DNA of 64,000 nt, taken from NCBI RefSeq assembly GCF_000181795.1, contig NW_003526941.1, positions 3,869,348 through 3,933,347 on the forward strand, in the 5' to 3' direction. A program made the position numbers and the translations under genes. Position 1 is the stretch's first letter; each line of letters begins with the position of its first letter. Below the pieces are notes generated by a model that was not told where the DNA came from, searched no databases, and worked only from the letters and a program-made list of their open reading frames with translations. Positions 49,765 to 63,048 of this stretch are shown one piece after another. The stretch is from Trichinella spiralis (lineage: Eukaryota).

Positions 49765-52341
49765 TTAGAAACACAACGACTGGCGATTGTCATCGATAAG
49801 ATCAATCGACTGGATGCCAAACGCCGCCGCGCCAGAAATCGGTTCCAGAATATGACTGGCGACCAAGAAAATCTACGCATATGGAACAGATCTCACATGA
49901 GAATATTGTTGACAGAATATTAACAACCAAGCAAGCCCTATTCTACCATTCAGAAAAGCAAAAAGGAGAAAAAAGGAAGAGAATAAGAATAATAACCTTA
50001 CCCGAGTATCTTGTTCACTGATTGGTTCTGCAATTTCAGCAAAGTTACGAGTATCGTTGAGAGTCAGCTGTGGCCCAGCAGCCAGATGACACTGATCAGA
50101 TGGTAGAGTAGAATTGTACTGGTTGTGGCAGATGTAAAATTCCGAACCCCAGGTACTTCGTTTCAGCAGCACACGCAATATGCGCGCTCGACTGACACGG
50201 AAAAACTGAGATTCAATATAAGCATGCGGTTGTCGCTTGTCGAAAATCAATGTACCCAAGAAAAACTCATTTTTCACTGCGAACAGAAAAATATTTAAAT
50301 AAATCATCAAGCAACTGAAAGCATTTTGCACTTGTGCATCATCTACCTGCAGGCTTTATTTTTACGTTGTTGGCCACACCAATTGCATGCGCAGTTATTG
50401 AAAATCGAGGCCCATTAGCTATTGTGCTATCGAGAAGCCATCGGCAAGATTGACCATCTGTGAAAATGTCATTTTTCAACATCGACTACATATTTATTCG
50501 GTTCCTGAGAAATTCTTTTTCTCCTCATACCTGCAAAATTGCATCCAAGTGCCTGACACGCTTCCGGTTCACCTATGCGAGAAGAATTGCACACGTCCGC
50601 TTTGTAAACGATATCATCTATTGCGACAAACTGCTCGCCAGCATCTGCTTCACCAACGCCGATGATTGCCAGCTTTAAAAATTATTATTATTAATCTGCG
50701 AATGTTACATAATTGAACCAATATCCATTCAAATATACCTCGTACGGTTCATAAATTGGCCCTGGAATAAAAACTGGACTAAAGTCATCCTGCACTTCTG
50801 TGCAATAGATAGAATTCAACGATTCGACTTTGAGCACACATACTTTGAACGATGCTTGTCCAGCTTTCCATCGTCTGCAAAATTCACAGATGCAGTTAAA
50901 ATGTGAAATTTGCAAAAAAAGCATAAAATTCACTTGAAGTTCAATTCACCGTTACCACGCTGACAGTAAAACGCCGGACTAATCAAATATCCACTACCGG
51001 GAACAGTCATCTGCTGAACATCTATCATACCAAAAGCACCATCTGAAACGAAAATTAATATCGAAATCATTAAAAAGTTTTTTTTTAATTAAAAAACGAA
51101 ATATAAATACTTGGATGAATAGAATTCAAATAAGATTTATCCGGGACTTCTACGACAGTACTCCAATTGTACTGATCATCAAGTACATTACGCCACAAGC
51201 ATACATTATCAAAAGTGCATTCTGCTTCAGCAGCAGAAGTAGCATACATATGTGGAGATGGAGCCAAATCAATTTCGGTAAATTTTGGTTGTTCAGATTC
51301 AATTTCTGAAATATTACACACATAGGATTTACATAATTAAAACAAATATTCATAAAATTCAAATCTACCCGACAGACATACGTTCGCTTCGTATTTGATG
51401 TCATCGACAGCTACAAAACCTTCACCATTATAAGACGTATACATTTTGATAATAATCTGGTATGGTACAGCAATTGGATCTATGGAAATAACACAATGCT
51501 TGCCACGATTTTCTTTGAAATCACAAGAGGATGGTCGCAATTCACCAACTGACTTCAAAGGATATTCACCAGCCGCAACAGCGGCAACTTCAAGTTTCAC
51601 TGGACCATAAATCCAGTAACTTAAAATACACAGTATATCAAAAAGTATTTAATAAAATGTATAAATAAAAATAATAATAGAAAAACGAAATACGCAAAAC
51701 TGAATTTTCCCGGACCACGTTGACACAAAGCTGGATTACTGATCCAAATAGCGTACGATTGTTGAGTAGAATTTTCTGAGCCGGCGACAATTAAATGATT
51801 GCCTACAATATATTAATTTGCCTGTTGTAATTTCATATGAGAAAAGATAAAAAACACTTTTCACCATCCTTCGGAGTAATTCCTGGACGAATGACGGCCG
51901 GCCAACGTCTGTGGCCAACTTTACGCATCAGATACCAATTGTTTTCAGCTTGGCCATTCAGCACGTTTTTCCATCGACATGCGATCGGCTGCTCGAAATT
52001 ACAATCCAAATCCGACGATTCTTTAATAAATTCTTCCGCATAACCTGAATCATGTGAAATCGATTTTATTTGATTTGGAAGAAGAAAACAACAAATTAGC
52101 ATTCACAACACAAAAAATTACCAGTCTGGATTAAGCCATCGCCAACAACTTCCAATTCTAAATATCTCTTCAACTTTTCCGCAGCAGCTCGAGCCCCTGG
52201 TGAACAACAATCTACTGAAACAGCATCACAAAAGACAATTTTAAACAATAAATACATATTCAACAAACAAGCAACAACAATACCAAAAAGTAGCTGATAA
52301 AAAGTGCTGAAGAAAACTACTGAAACGACAAAAACGAGCAT
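49765..52341 (-). CDS. Secreted protein with about 3 MAM-like domains, multi-exon
   Basis: Hydrophobic N-terminus. Repeats such as DLDCNFEQPIACRWKN, GFVAVDDIKY, ECTFDNVCLWRN and FVAIDDIV are typical MAM start and end motifs. Last exon IFLVASH...GIQSIDLIDDNRQSLCF, stop at 49765. No TM segment seen. Confidence 0.75.
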
Positions 52342-52978
52342 TTTCGTAAAAAAAAATTATGCAACTGCCGATCACCTCTGACTGACTGACTGAACTGCAG
52401 GTAACGCTGATGAATGAAAAATCGCCGTCGTGTTATATACTTGTGTGCGATTGATTTGTAAAACCTGACATGCCTCGGGACTTGGCCAGCACTGATTTCT
52501 ACGGTTGGAATGGAAATTCTCCATTGTGACAAAATTCCTTTATCTGGCCAAATCGAATGCTCAACATACTGTGACACAAGCGTTGAAACAGTGCTCAATT
52601 TTTATTGACACCATAGCACATTCTTCAATTCAGGAATGCGAATACAGGCGAATACATCGCCCACTTTGGTATCACTTCCAAATATTCAAAATCCAAAACA
52701 AACAAACAAATAAATAAATAAATAACAAACCCATCACCTGAAATCTGAAAACGAATTTACAATGTTCTGTTGTAGATTTTCGTTTCTACTAAATTCCAAC
52801 AAAAGTTGGAGGTAAATTTTACAACAGTAGTATAATCGAATAAACTTACTGTAATCAACAATGGATAAGAACAACAACAAAAAACGATCAAAATATTGCA
52901 CGATGCAATACTTGTCGTGCAATAGGATAGAAGAAAAAAATTGCAAATAAAATCCATTCTCCAATTCTAACCTTCACT

Positions 52979-55900
52979 TCACGGTGAACCGCAGAGGAGT
53001 AAATCGTCTTCGCCATCGCTGCTCACCTCGGCTCCAAGATGGATCAACATCTGCTTTTGTTCTTTCAGCTTTTGGTCATGGTCGGCCAACAGCAGCAGCA
53101 AATCTTGATTTTCCGCGTACAAAGCTTCATACTTGGCCCGAAATTCGCTGGCCGATTGACGGGATGCATTTGCTGCCACGTCTGGATCCGCAAAATTGCA
53201 CTGTATGCCCACCGTGGTCAATTCCTTTGCCATACCCGCCGCCCCGGCTACCAGGCCCGGAACCTCGGCGCCGTTCGTTGGCGCCGTCAGTGCAGTTTGG
53301 CTTTTTTTCAACAAATTCAATTCTGCATCCTTTCTAGCCGAATCCATCTCGTACCATTTCAAGCTGTTTTGCGCTTCATTCAGGCGAAGTTTCAACAGTT
53401 CGTTTTCCTCAGCCAATTTCCCCAATTGCGCAGCTTGTTCTTCGTAAGCTTGCCAACCGAACGCCAGTTGCGCGTTCAGCTGTTCAACAAGCGAATTTGA
53501 AGCTTGAATTGCATAAGAAAACTCTCCTTGCGCAACCTAACAAGCACAAATTCACAAATTCATCAAAAAAGTATTTAACAAATTCGTTGTAAAAAATAAA
53601 TCTGATCGCATAAATCAGACTCCCCATCTCTCTCCATCTAAGCTTCACAGTGATATGCACACACACCTTTATATATCGTAAATAATAATGATAATTAAAT
53701 AAATGCAAAATACCGTACCAAGACCATATTTACCTGATTAGCAATATGCTGTTGCCACAGTATGCACTGTTGCTGATAATAATGCACTTCCGCATCGCGC
53801 TGCTGTAGCAAAAGTTCTAAACATTCCAACTGACTTTTCAAATTTGCTTGCTCAGCGAATGCGTTCGCTTGGTTCTCATCCATCGTTGTCACATAATATT
53901 GCTTCTGAAAAGGAAAAATATAATAAAATAGCATAAAATACAAAAATATAAATATTTACCAACTGCTGCAACTGATCACTGATTGAATTCAACTGAACTT
54001 GATATTCTTGATATTGCAGTGCTTGTTCTTCTTGCTTCTGCTTCTGTTGGTCAAATTCAGTTCGACGATTCGCTTCCAATTCCAAAGTTTGCAAACGTGC
54101 CGTCAGACGTCCAATTTGTTCATCCTGGTCTTTGATCAACTGCTTGTACTGGTCAACCACGCGATCCTTTTGTTCAGCTGCTTCGGGCAGAAGCATACTG
54201 TCGGCCGGAGCCTGGCTAAATCCCAGTGTCCGAGTGACGTCCGGCTCCAGCTGCCGGAACAATTTTGTAAATTCGTGGTCGAACAATAAATCACGTGCCT
54301 GGCTGCCCTTCGGCTGCGGTTTTTGACTCACTCTGGCATAAGCTTCAGATTTGGTGACCAATTCCAGCTTTTCAACAAATCGAACTCGACCTATGTGTGA
54401 CTCGACCAAATTAACGAGCGATTCTCTGAATAACAAAAACAATTTTTAATTAAAAAATAATATTCACCAAATTTCCCCTTTCTCATTTTACTTTGTATAT
54501 TTTTTCACCGATCCATCGTTGAACAACGAGCATACACCGATCAAAAATGCAGACAATCCTTGTGTTAGGCATTCCATATCGTCTGCTTCACTTCCCCGAA
54601 GTTGTCCAAAAAGCTGATCAAAATAATAAATAAACAAACAAATAAATAAACAAAAGACCATTTACAAGTGCTCGTTACATACGTAAGTCACATTGTCCGG
54701 CTGTTGGAGAAAATGACTGACCGCAAGAGGAGAATGGGCTAACCAACCGGACAACAGCATCAACAATCCTATGCGGACTTGGTAATGATGACTTCTTAAC
54801 AAAATCGACGTAACTTGTTGTAATAGGGATTTTGGAGGCTCACTGACATCAGTTGCCAGTTGAACTCTGAGTAAGCATTCTTTTTCGTCCGTTGACCAAA
54901 TACAAGCGTGCATCAGCAAACAAGCACAAAGCCACTGATCCAACGGATCACTGCTCACCAAGCCGGTGCAGATCAAATGACCGGCGGTAACTTGTTCTAC
55001 TGGAATTAAAATCTAAAGTAAATATAAAATTTGGAACAATTTCAATCAATTGCTCAGCACCTTCGGCTGTCGACGGCAGCAATGTTTGCACCAAATGGGC
55101 CTTGCCGTGGTCGTTTTTGTACAAAAAGCTCTGCAAACAGTAAAGAGTAGCCAAACGAAGACCAAATGGCCGACCGCTGTTGGTCATCGACAACAACAAT
55201 ATGACCACAATATTTTGGCTACATTCGGAGTTGGTGGCGACCGTTTCGAAATAATCCTGGTTAGCCTGATTGCCACGAATCACCTCCGCCACGGCAAGCA
55301 CCACCGACGTCAACACTTTGGCAGTTATCTCAGGCGACAACAGCAAATTCATCAAACTGGACAAGAAGCCATAACTGTGAAAATCATACTGACAATTGCT
55401 AATCAAATCACTTGGAATTGAAGGCGATACAAGCGTACGAACAACCTGAAACACAACGATTAAACGATTATCAGTAATAATAATTTTTAATTTGTAAACT
55501 TGCATCGATCAATTGCAAAACTGTCGCAGTACGTTCTTCGGTCCAATAATTTTCCAAATTTCCCCCCTCCTCTTCCACCGCACACAACAAATCCAACACA
55601 CCTTGTAAATCTCTTATCAGAGAATGTTCACGAAAAAGTTGAACATTGCTTGGATTGCCTTTGAGCATCTTGTACATCAGAAACAAGCAATCTTCCGAAA
55701 CAACACCTAGACAAAAACAGCACATCTTTAGCTCGCTGTTTACATCAGTAAATAAAAATAAACTTCTCTACTGTTTCCTTCGCAATAAATAATGCGGATC
55801 AAACTTTCAAAACCATCTTCAAACGCAATGATCTTCTGGATGTTCACATTGCCGTGGGAAAGTTCAAGCAACAACAGAATAGCAAAATTTCGAATCACTT

Positions 55901-56818
55901 CGCGATCATCATGCAATAGATCAATTATTCTCGGCGAAGCGGCGTGATTTTCCAACAAAATGTCTTGAATTGTTTTCGGATCATGAATCAACAACGCCGT
56001 CAAACATCTTATCGCTTGTAATCGAACATTGAATTCAAGATCCTTAATTTTTTTAATTACAGTTATCCAGCTACATAAGCAGTTACTTAAAACGCAGAAT
56101 ACATTATTACTTAAATGTATAAATCGTAATTTAAATTCTACATATCCTGCATTAAAAATAAAAAACAGAATCAAACTTACGTCGATCATACACAAAATAC
56201 TGGTAATGCTGTACTTTGTATCGATAATCATGCGTGCTAACTTTTGAATCTCATCTTGATCAAACTTCTTTTCCTGATGTACGTTGGCTAGAAAAAGAAA
56301 ATTACATCACCAATGTAATCAGTAATAATAAATGAAGCCAATTATCAATTAACCGGCAGAATCTTCTTCATCAATTAAAATTCTCAAAGTTTCCAACACT
56401 AGAGCTATCAATTCAGCATCACGATCCGTTGAATCATTAGTACTAAAATATTCACAAAAGAAGAAGTTTAATTAATTGCTTAGTTTTCAGTTTTTTCATC
56501 TTCTTACATGCTGTTATGCATTAAATGAACCAAAGCATCAATTGCTTGGGTTCCAACTTCGACACGGTTATGCTTAGCCATAGATCGCAAAGCTCGCAAT
56601 GCATCTCGTCGATCTTCGTACAGTGTTGACGTTCGGAGCCGATTAACCAAACGACTTACCTTAACAAAAATCATAATCATCTCATAATCAACAATCTATT
56701 CATGATGAATGTGAAATTTTAATTTGGATTTACAAACCTGCTCAGCTACGTCTTCTGCCATATCAGAGTTCTCTTTCCTGCCCACAATTGTCTGCAAACC
56801 ACTCTTTATGTAATTCAT
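52979..56818 (-). CDS. USO1: General vesicular transport factor p115/USO1, multi-exon
   Basis: MNYIKSGLQTIVG, LRTSTLYEDRRDALRAL, VEVGTQA, DDREVIRN...IQKIIAFEDGFE, VAEVIRGNQANQDYF, KECLLRVQLAT, FDHEFTKLF. Followed by a coiled coil and C-terminal QDLLLLLADHD...GAEVSSDGEDD. Confidence 0.93.
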
Positions 56819-57646
56819 TGGCAATCTCACAACTAAAAGTAACGGTTTAATAATTAAAACTTTCACATCAAACAGCATGCGTTTAAAATTTTAATAACAC
56901 CTTGCAACCGATGAAACGATAATAAATATTTAAAAACTTACAAAATAACAAAATTAGTTTAAATAAATTCCATTAAATTCAGTTACCGTTTTCAACTGAA
57001 AAAATTGAAAAAAATAAAATTTTCAGGAACTTCATTTAAAGAATAATGAAAAACGGTTGTAACAATTACGAATAATTTAGGAAATAGCTTTCAATGAAAT
57101 ATGAAATGTACCTTACAAAATATACTCTTCAATAAAACAAAAAACGACAATCGAAAGATATAAAATGACAGTCTTCACTGTATTTCAAATAAAGATTACA
57201 GTCAATGCTGACAAATGCAATGGATTTTAGAAAATCAAGTTTTATTGTGATAAAGTCATGAAAAGCATGTTAAAGTTAAATAAAATAAAAAGAGTTAAAA
57301 TATAAAATGTCCCTCTTAAAATTTTGCATAAAATTTTTAATTGGAAAACTTACCGTAAGAAAAATTATAAATACAGTATGAATTTGCTTGATTATACAAA
57401 ATTGAATTAGGGGAAAATAAGTCATTCACTAAGTCAAATTAATTATTTTAATTATTTTTTTGCATAATTAATTATTTGTAAACTGAAAACTGTTGAATAA
57501 GAATATTTTCGCGTTGTAATTTGATTTTCATCACAATGGTCATTATTATGATAAATTTCAGGTCTGTAATTGAACATAATGATGAAATTCTGAAAAAAAC
57601 TGTTTATTAAACATTTTATATTGGGTTTGAAGATAAGATATTTGTG

Positions 57647-60600
57647 ATGGCGTTGTGGAGAATTTCAAGTTTGTGTTTTCGATCAAGATGCGGATTGGTT
57701 ATGCAAAACGCGTTTTTCAGCTCACAAGATCGTTATGTTATCATGTAAAAAAACTATTTTTGAAAAGCAAAACGAACAAACGAACAGATTTTTTTCTTAA
57801 GTTTACCAGAGATACCGGACGCGACTGCGGAAACAAATTCACTATTGAGTGTTGTGCATGGAAACGATTTGCCACCTTTTGATAAGCTGTCTACCCGTGA
57901 AAGTGCGGACGCTTGTGCTAAATTAGCATTAGAATTCGAGGCTTGGATGCAGGAACATGGAAGTTCATTTAACAGTGAAAATGACGTTTGTAATTTCGAA
58001 AATGTGATCGACAAGGTCGAAATGCACTTGGCGCCGATGCAATTTGCCTGGAATACGTTCCGACATTTGGCCGGAGTTCGTAGCTTTGATCCGAATCTTA
58101 TGGCAAGGTTCAAAGGGGTAGGTGAAGTTTATTTTCTAATATTACTTTGCATATTTTGAAAATTCTCAATCTTACAGCTGCAGAATCTAGTGACAAGAGC
58201 TCGAATTCATCGTTTCAATAATCATCGATTTTTCACTGCCGTTATGGTTTGTTCATTGTTTTATTTTTATCAGTTTGATTTGCTATTTTCTTGTTCATCT
58301 TTTAGGATTTATCTCATGATAAAAATTTGAATTCTGTTCAATCGATACTAATTGCAAAGTATATTCGTGAGATGCAGTTGAATGGACTGGGACTGAGTGA
58401 TAAAAATTACAAGTGGCTTGAAGAATACCGCAGGCGAATTTACGATGCTGTTTTTAAATTTAGGTTTACATTTCCATTTTTCCAATTAATTTATTATTTT
58501 TTAATTGATAATTTTTTTAAATCAGGCGCAACATCGAAATGACATCCTGGTTGTTGAATTTAGAAATGGATTTCAGTTCTGAAATGAGCGACACTCCGCA
58601 ACACATATTGGAAATGTGGTCGGTGAATCGGTAAATTTTACGGAATTTATTATTTTAATTTGGTTTTTTTAAATTAAACCTCAATTTTTTAGTTCCTCAA
58701 ATCAGAAAAGCCAATATAAGCTTGCATTTACGCAATATTCATACGCACCTTTTATGCGTTATTGTAAAATGCGATTACGACGGCGAAGCGTTTGGAAGCT
58801 GTTCAATTCTCGGGCAGGTTTTGAAGAAGATCAAGTACAATTGAACAATTCACTTCAAATCGAACAGCTTCGTCAAGCTAGGTATTATTTTTCTTTTAAA
58901 ATATATATTTATAGGAATTATTTCTTTTCTTTTTAGAGAGAAATATGCAAAATTGTTCAATTACAATAATTATTTGGATATGGTATTACCGGATCGTATG
59001 ATTTCGTCTGTATCAGAACTTGAAACGATAATTTTTCAGTGAATATTTTATTCTGATTATAATTTGATAATATTTTTCGAAAATGACGTCGTATAATGTA
59101 ATGTTAGGTTGAAGCAGGCGGCGGTGAAGAGATTATCGGAACAGGTGGAAATGATGCAACCGCTTGCAGCTCGACAGGATGCACTTCGGTCGCCTTTGAA
59201 GCCATGGGATTTGGATTATTATGCTCGAAAACTTGCTGAACATGATTATGATATCGATTTTGGACAAACTGCCGAATATTTTCCTTATATGCAATTCCTT
59301 TCTAATGTGTTCGAGCTAATCAAGCGTCTGTTTGACATTACTTTTACATTAGTTAGCGGTGAAGCAGCAGTGTGGGACAAGGAAGTGCAATTATTTGAAG
59401 TAACAGACGAAAAAGGTAAGTTGATTAATTTGGATTTACTGTTTTTTCACTTTTCATATTTTGAATGTTCGTACTGTAGGCAAAATTATTGGCCATTTAT
59501 ACATAGATCCATTTATCAGAAAGAACAAACTTCCGGTAATGTGGAGCGAATGTGGTAGAGGTGAAAATTATTCACTAAAAAAATCCGACATGCGTTGTAT
59601 TATACACGTTTAAATTATTATTACTGTTTAGCAAGAAGTAGTATAATTGGTCACACTCCTGTAGTTTATTTGAATTTAAACTTGTCGTCTGAATCGTTGA
59701 AAACAGGCGTGCCAGCATTCTTGCATTGGGATCATCTTGTTCAATTTTTTCGTGAAGTTAGTTCGTGTGCGTGATAAGCACTGGTGCTATATTTTCGCAT
59801 GAAACTTTTGTTTACAGATTGGAAAGAGTATGCAAATTTTACTTTCACAAGCTAATTATTCCGAACTGGCAAGCAGTGATGGAATTGAGCGTGACTGTAT
59901 CATGATTTATTCGTTCTTTTTTGAACATCTATTCATGCGACCGGATTGTTTGGCCGACCTGAGCAAGCATTACCGTACAAATGAGAAACTTTCCAAAAAT
60001 GAATCAGCTAACTTTATTCATGGTAATTTTTATTTTGAATATTATTTGTGAATAAAATATGAATTATTTCGTTTTTTCACAGCAATTCGAGAAATGCAAA
60101 TTCCCGCATTAGTTCAAAATATTCTTCTCAGCGAATTTGACTTGCTCATTCACAAATCGTCAGTCGATAAATATGAAATGATTTTTAACTGTTAGCTGTT
60201 TTTTTTATAATTGTTGTTTTTAAGATCTATGAAATTTTGGTTTGACATTTACCGCGAATTGTCAAGACAGTATTTCCCATACGGTTGGGAAAAGGGCGAT
60301 TATTTGCCTTGCAACAGTTCAATAGTGGTCGACGAACAGATTGCCTCTTCTTATTATAGGCAGTTGATATCAGATGTGAGATAAATTTTAATATATTAGT
60401 GATATTTTATGTTGTTCTCTTCATTTTTTTATTTGAATTATTAGATCATTGCGTGCGATTTGATCAACGATATTGGTGAAAACACTCAGCTAAACAGTGC
60501 AGAGTTTGTGAACTTTTGTAAAAAGTAAAGATTTCATTTTTTTGTATGTGATTTTAAAAAAATACATAATTTAATTTCAGATTCAAAAATTGTTATTTAT

Positions 60601-60704
60601 TGGCAGATGGGTCGATGAAACAATTGGAAATGTATCGTTCATTTGCTAAACGTGAATCGCCTTCTGTGAATGCATTCTTGAATTTGCGACGTCTTGTGAA
60701 ATAA
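57647..60704 (+). CDS. M3A oligopeptidase A-like protein with a predicted organellar presequence and degenerate zinc motif, multi-exon
   Basis: MALWRISSLCFRSRCG...YVIILPEIPD...DLPPF, LNGLGL, FMRYC..RRRSVW, LKPWDLDYYA, AEYFP, WDKEVQLFEV, GHLYIDPFIR, PVVYL. The HExxH position reads REIGK. Confidence 0.8.
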
Positions 60705-60859
60705 ACTGTTCATAATTAGGAATGCATGCGTGTGAAAAAAAAGAATTAAAATTGATTAATCGTTGTTATTTAATTTTAGATGATGGTTTTTATCCAATAA
60801 TATTTTCATTGACTTGTTTAATTATTTTATTTTGTTAATATTATTGTCGTTCGATAAGA

Positions 60860-62760
60860 ATGGAAGATGAGGTGAAACGTTTGCTGCTCGACCCTGTTCG
60901 AGTGCTTCGGCAAGATCCGAACACGAAAATGATAGCCGTCCATGCTAAACAGCGTTCATCATCCGCCGACGATGCAGACACACAGTTGGCCGATGCGGTG
61001 GTCGTTTTTGAAAAGAAACCTTTTTCTGAAGATCAACTTTTCAAGCTGTTGAAAAATGACACGATCAAATTGACAAAAAATTTGATGAACAACGATATTT
61101 ACAGTATCCACCTGGCGGTTGCCGAACAACCGGACGACGATTTAAATGGTAATTTTGCTTGTTTATTTTCAAGTAATATTTTTATTTGTTTTTAATATGC
61201 AGTGTTAAAATTTATCTTATTATTAGATTTGTTGTAAAAGTTTCATTTCTTCTGTTGACATAGGGTTGTTTAATTGTAATTCAAAATTGTCAAGTTTGAA
61301 AAATTGAAATAAAAGAATTTGAATGGGATAAAATGAGATTTTTCAAATTGTGTCGCAGAATGTTTTTTTTGAATGTTACAGTTTCTTAAAGATAATCAAG
61401 AGCGAAAGTTTATTTTTTTAGTGTTTTCATGTTTTTCATTTAAAAAAAACCGCACGCGGGAAAATATCAATCTTTCGATCGAGTAACAGACACAGTTAAG
61501 TTATGAAAAAACAAGCTCGTCTGCTATTTTTTATATTTGGTTTCTTCATTGGTTCAGTAATAATTTTCATATCACTAAGCCCCGTGGCGCGCGTGCGCGA
61601 AGGGTAAAATAGTGAAAAAGTTTTTAACTTTACCTGAAAATAAATTGGGGGATTTGGAATGTTTAATAAATATTTTCCAAGAAAATATATTTCCTAAAAA
61701 AATTTCCTTTTTTTATTTGTTTTTAAAGCCTTTACCGTTTGAACCCTGGATACCAGGCCCGCCTTGGGGGAACAGCCTTATCCCGAAATTGGAGGCGAAA
61801 AAAAAAACGGTTTTCATGGGTTTCCGAAAACGGGCGGGACGAATTTTTCTCCAAGTATTCCCCTTTTTGGCATAAAATTTCAAGAAAGCCACCAAAACCT
61901 TGGAGCTTTTGCCAAGTTAAAAATCCCGGAAAACATAAAATTTTTTTTACCGCGTTTTAAATAAAACCTTACAAAAAAAAAAAAAATTTTTCCTTTTTTT
62001 TTTTCCCCTTGTGGGCCCCCCATTATCTCCCCTTTCCCACTGTTGGGCGGGNNNNNNNNNNNNNCTGAGCATGCATGTAAGTCGGACATAATTTCGAACG
62101 TTTAATTAACTAAAAAACAATTTCTTTTCCCTGGCCATTCGTTCAGTGGGTTCAGAACGTACTCGACGGTACGGCTGAAAGTGAACGGATCGTATACAAT
62201 GATCCAGATCCAGAGGTTGGTTTCGTTCTGGCGCCAAGTCTGCGCTGGGATGGAAAGGACGTGAACCAGCTCTATCTGACGGCCATTTGTCGTCGTCAGA
62301 ATCTGAAATCGTTGCGAGACTTACGCGCCGAACATTTGCCCATGCTGCAGAACATCTTTACCAAGAGTACAGTTAAGACGATGTTCATCCATTATTCACT
62401 TTGAGAAAAAAGAATTAATCATTTCCACAAATATTAAAATACCCGTTTTCACACTTCACATTTTTCATCTAGGTCACTATACAAGAACGTTACGGTGTAC
62501 CAGTGAATCGCTTGTGCATCTTTTTCCATTATCAACCGACTTATTATCATTTGCATATTCATTTTACTCACCTGCGTGAAGCAACCGCCGGCACGTCGGT
62601 CGGCAGAGCTCATCTGTACGCAGATGTGGTCGACAACCTGCGATCAGACAGTGACTATTACGCCAAGCGTACAATGCACTTTTCACTGCGAAACAACGAT
62701 CCACTTTTGCATCAACTGTTGGGTGAAGGAAAGCAGACAACGACAAAGCAAGACGAATAG
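60860..62760 (+). CDS. DCPS: Scavenger mRNA decapping enzyme DcpS (m7GpppX diphosphatase); middle interrupted by low-quality sequence and a gap
   Basis: AVVVFEKKPF...NDIYS; WVQNVLDGTAESERIVYNDPDPEVGFVLAPSLRWDG...LKSLRDLRAEHLPMLQNI; HIT motif HYQPTYYHLHIHF and GRAHL. Confidence 0.92.
61580..62064. other. Low-quality contig end and assembly gap (13 N at 62052-62064)
   Basis: Inflated homopolymer runs typical of degraded read ends, followed by an N run. A DcpS exon is probably garbled here. Confidence 0.85.
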
Positions 62761-63048
62761 CAAACAAACAAACAAACAACAACGGAATATTTCTGAAGAG
62801 AGAAAAATGAAATTAATTCACTACACACCTACTCAATATCATTCTAATCCACACTTTTCTACTACTGATGCTAATCAATAATGATTCTGTTTTGCCTTTT
62901 TTACCCGAACACAGAGAATAACAACGATACAATGTAGTGTAATTATTTCACTTAATATTTTAAACACAACCACATTTTAAGTGTAAAACATTGGATATGG
63001 ATGTGTGTGTATTTTTTGTCGATTCTTGCTTCTCATCCTTCTGAAAAT

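Noticed and set aside
61612..62089. Several K/F/G/P-rich ORFs
   Set aside because: Artefacts of low-quality, homopolymer-inflated sequence next to the N gap.
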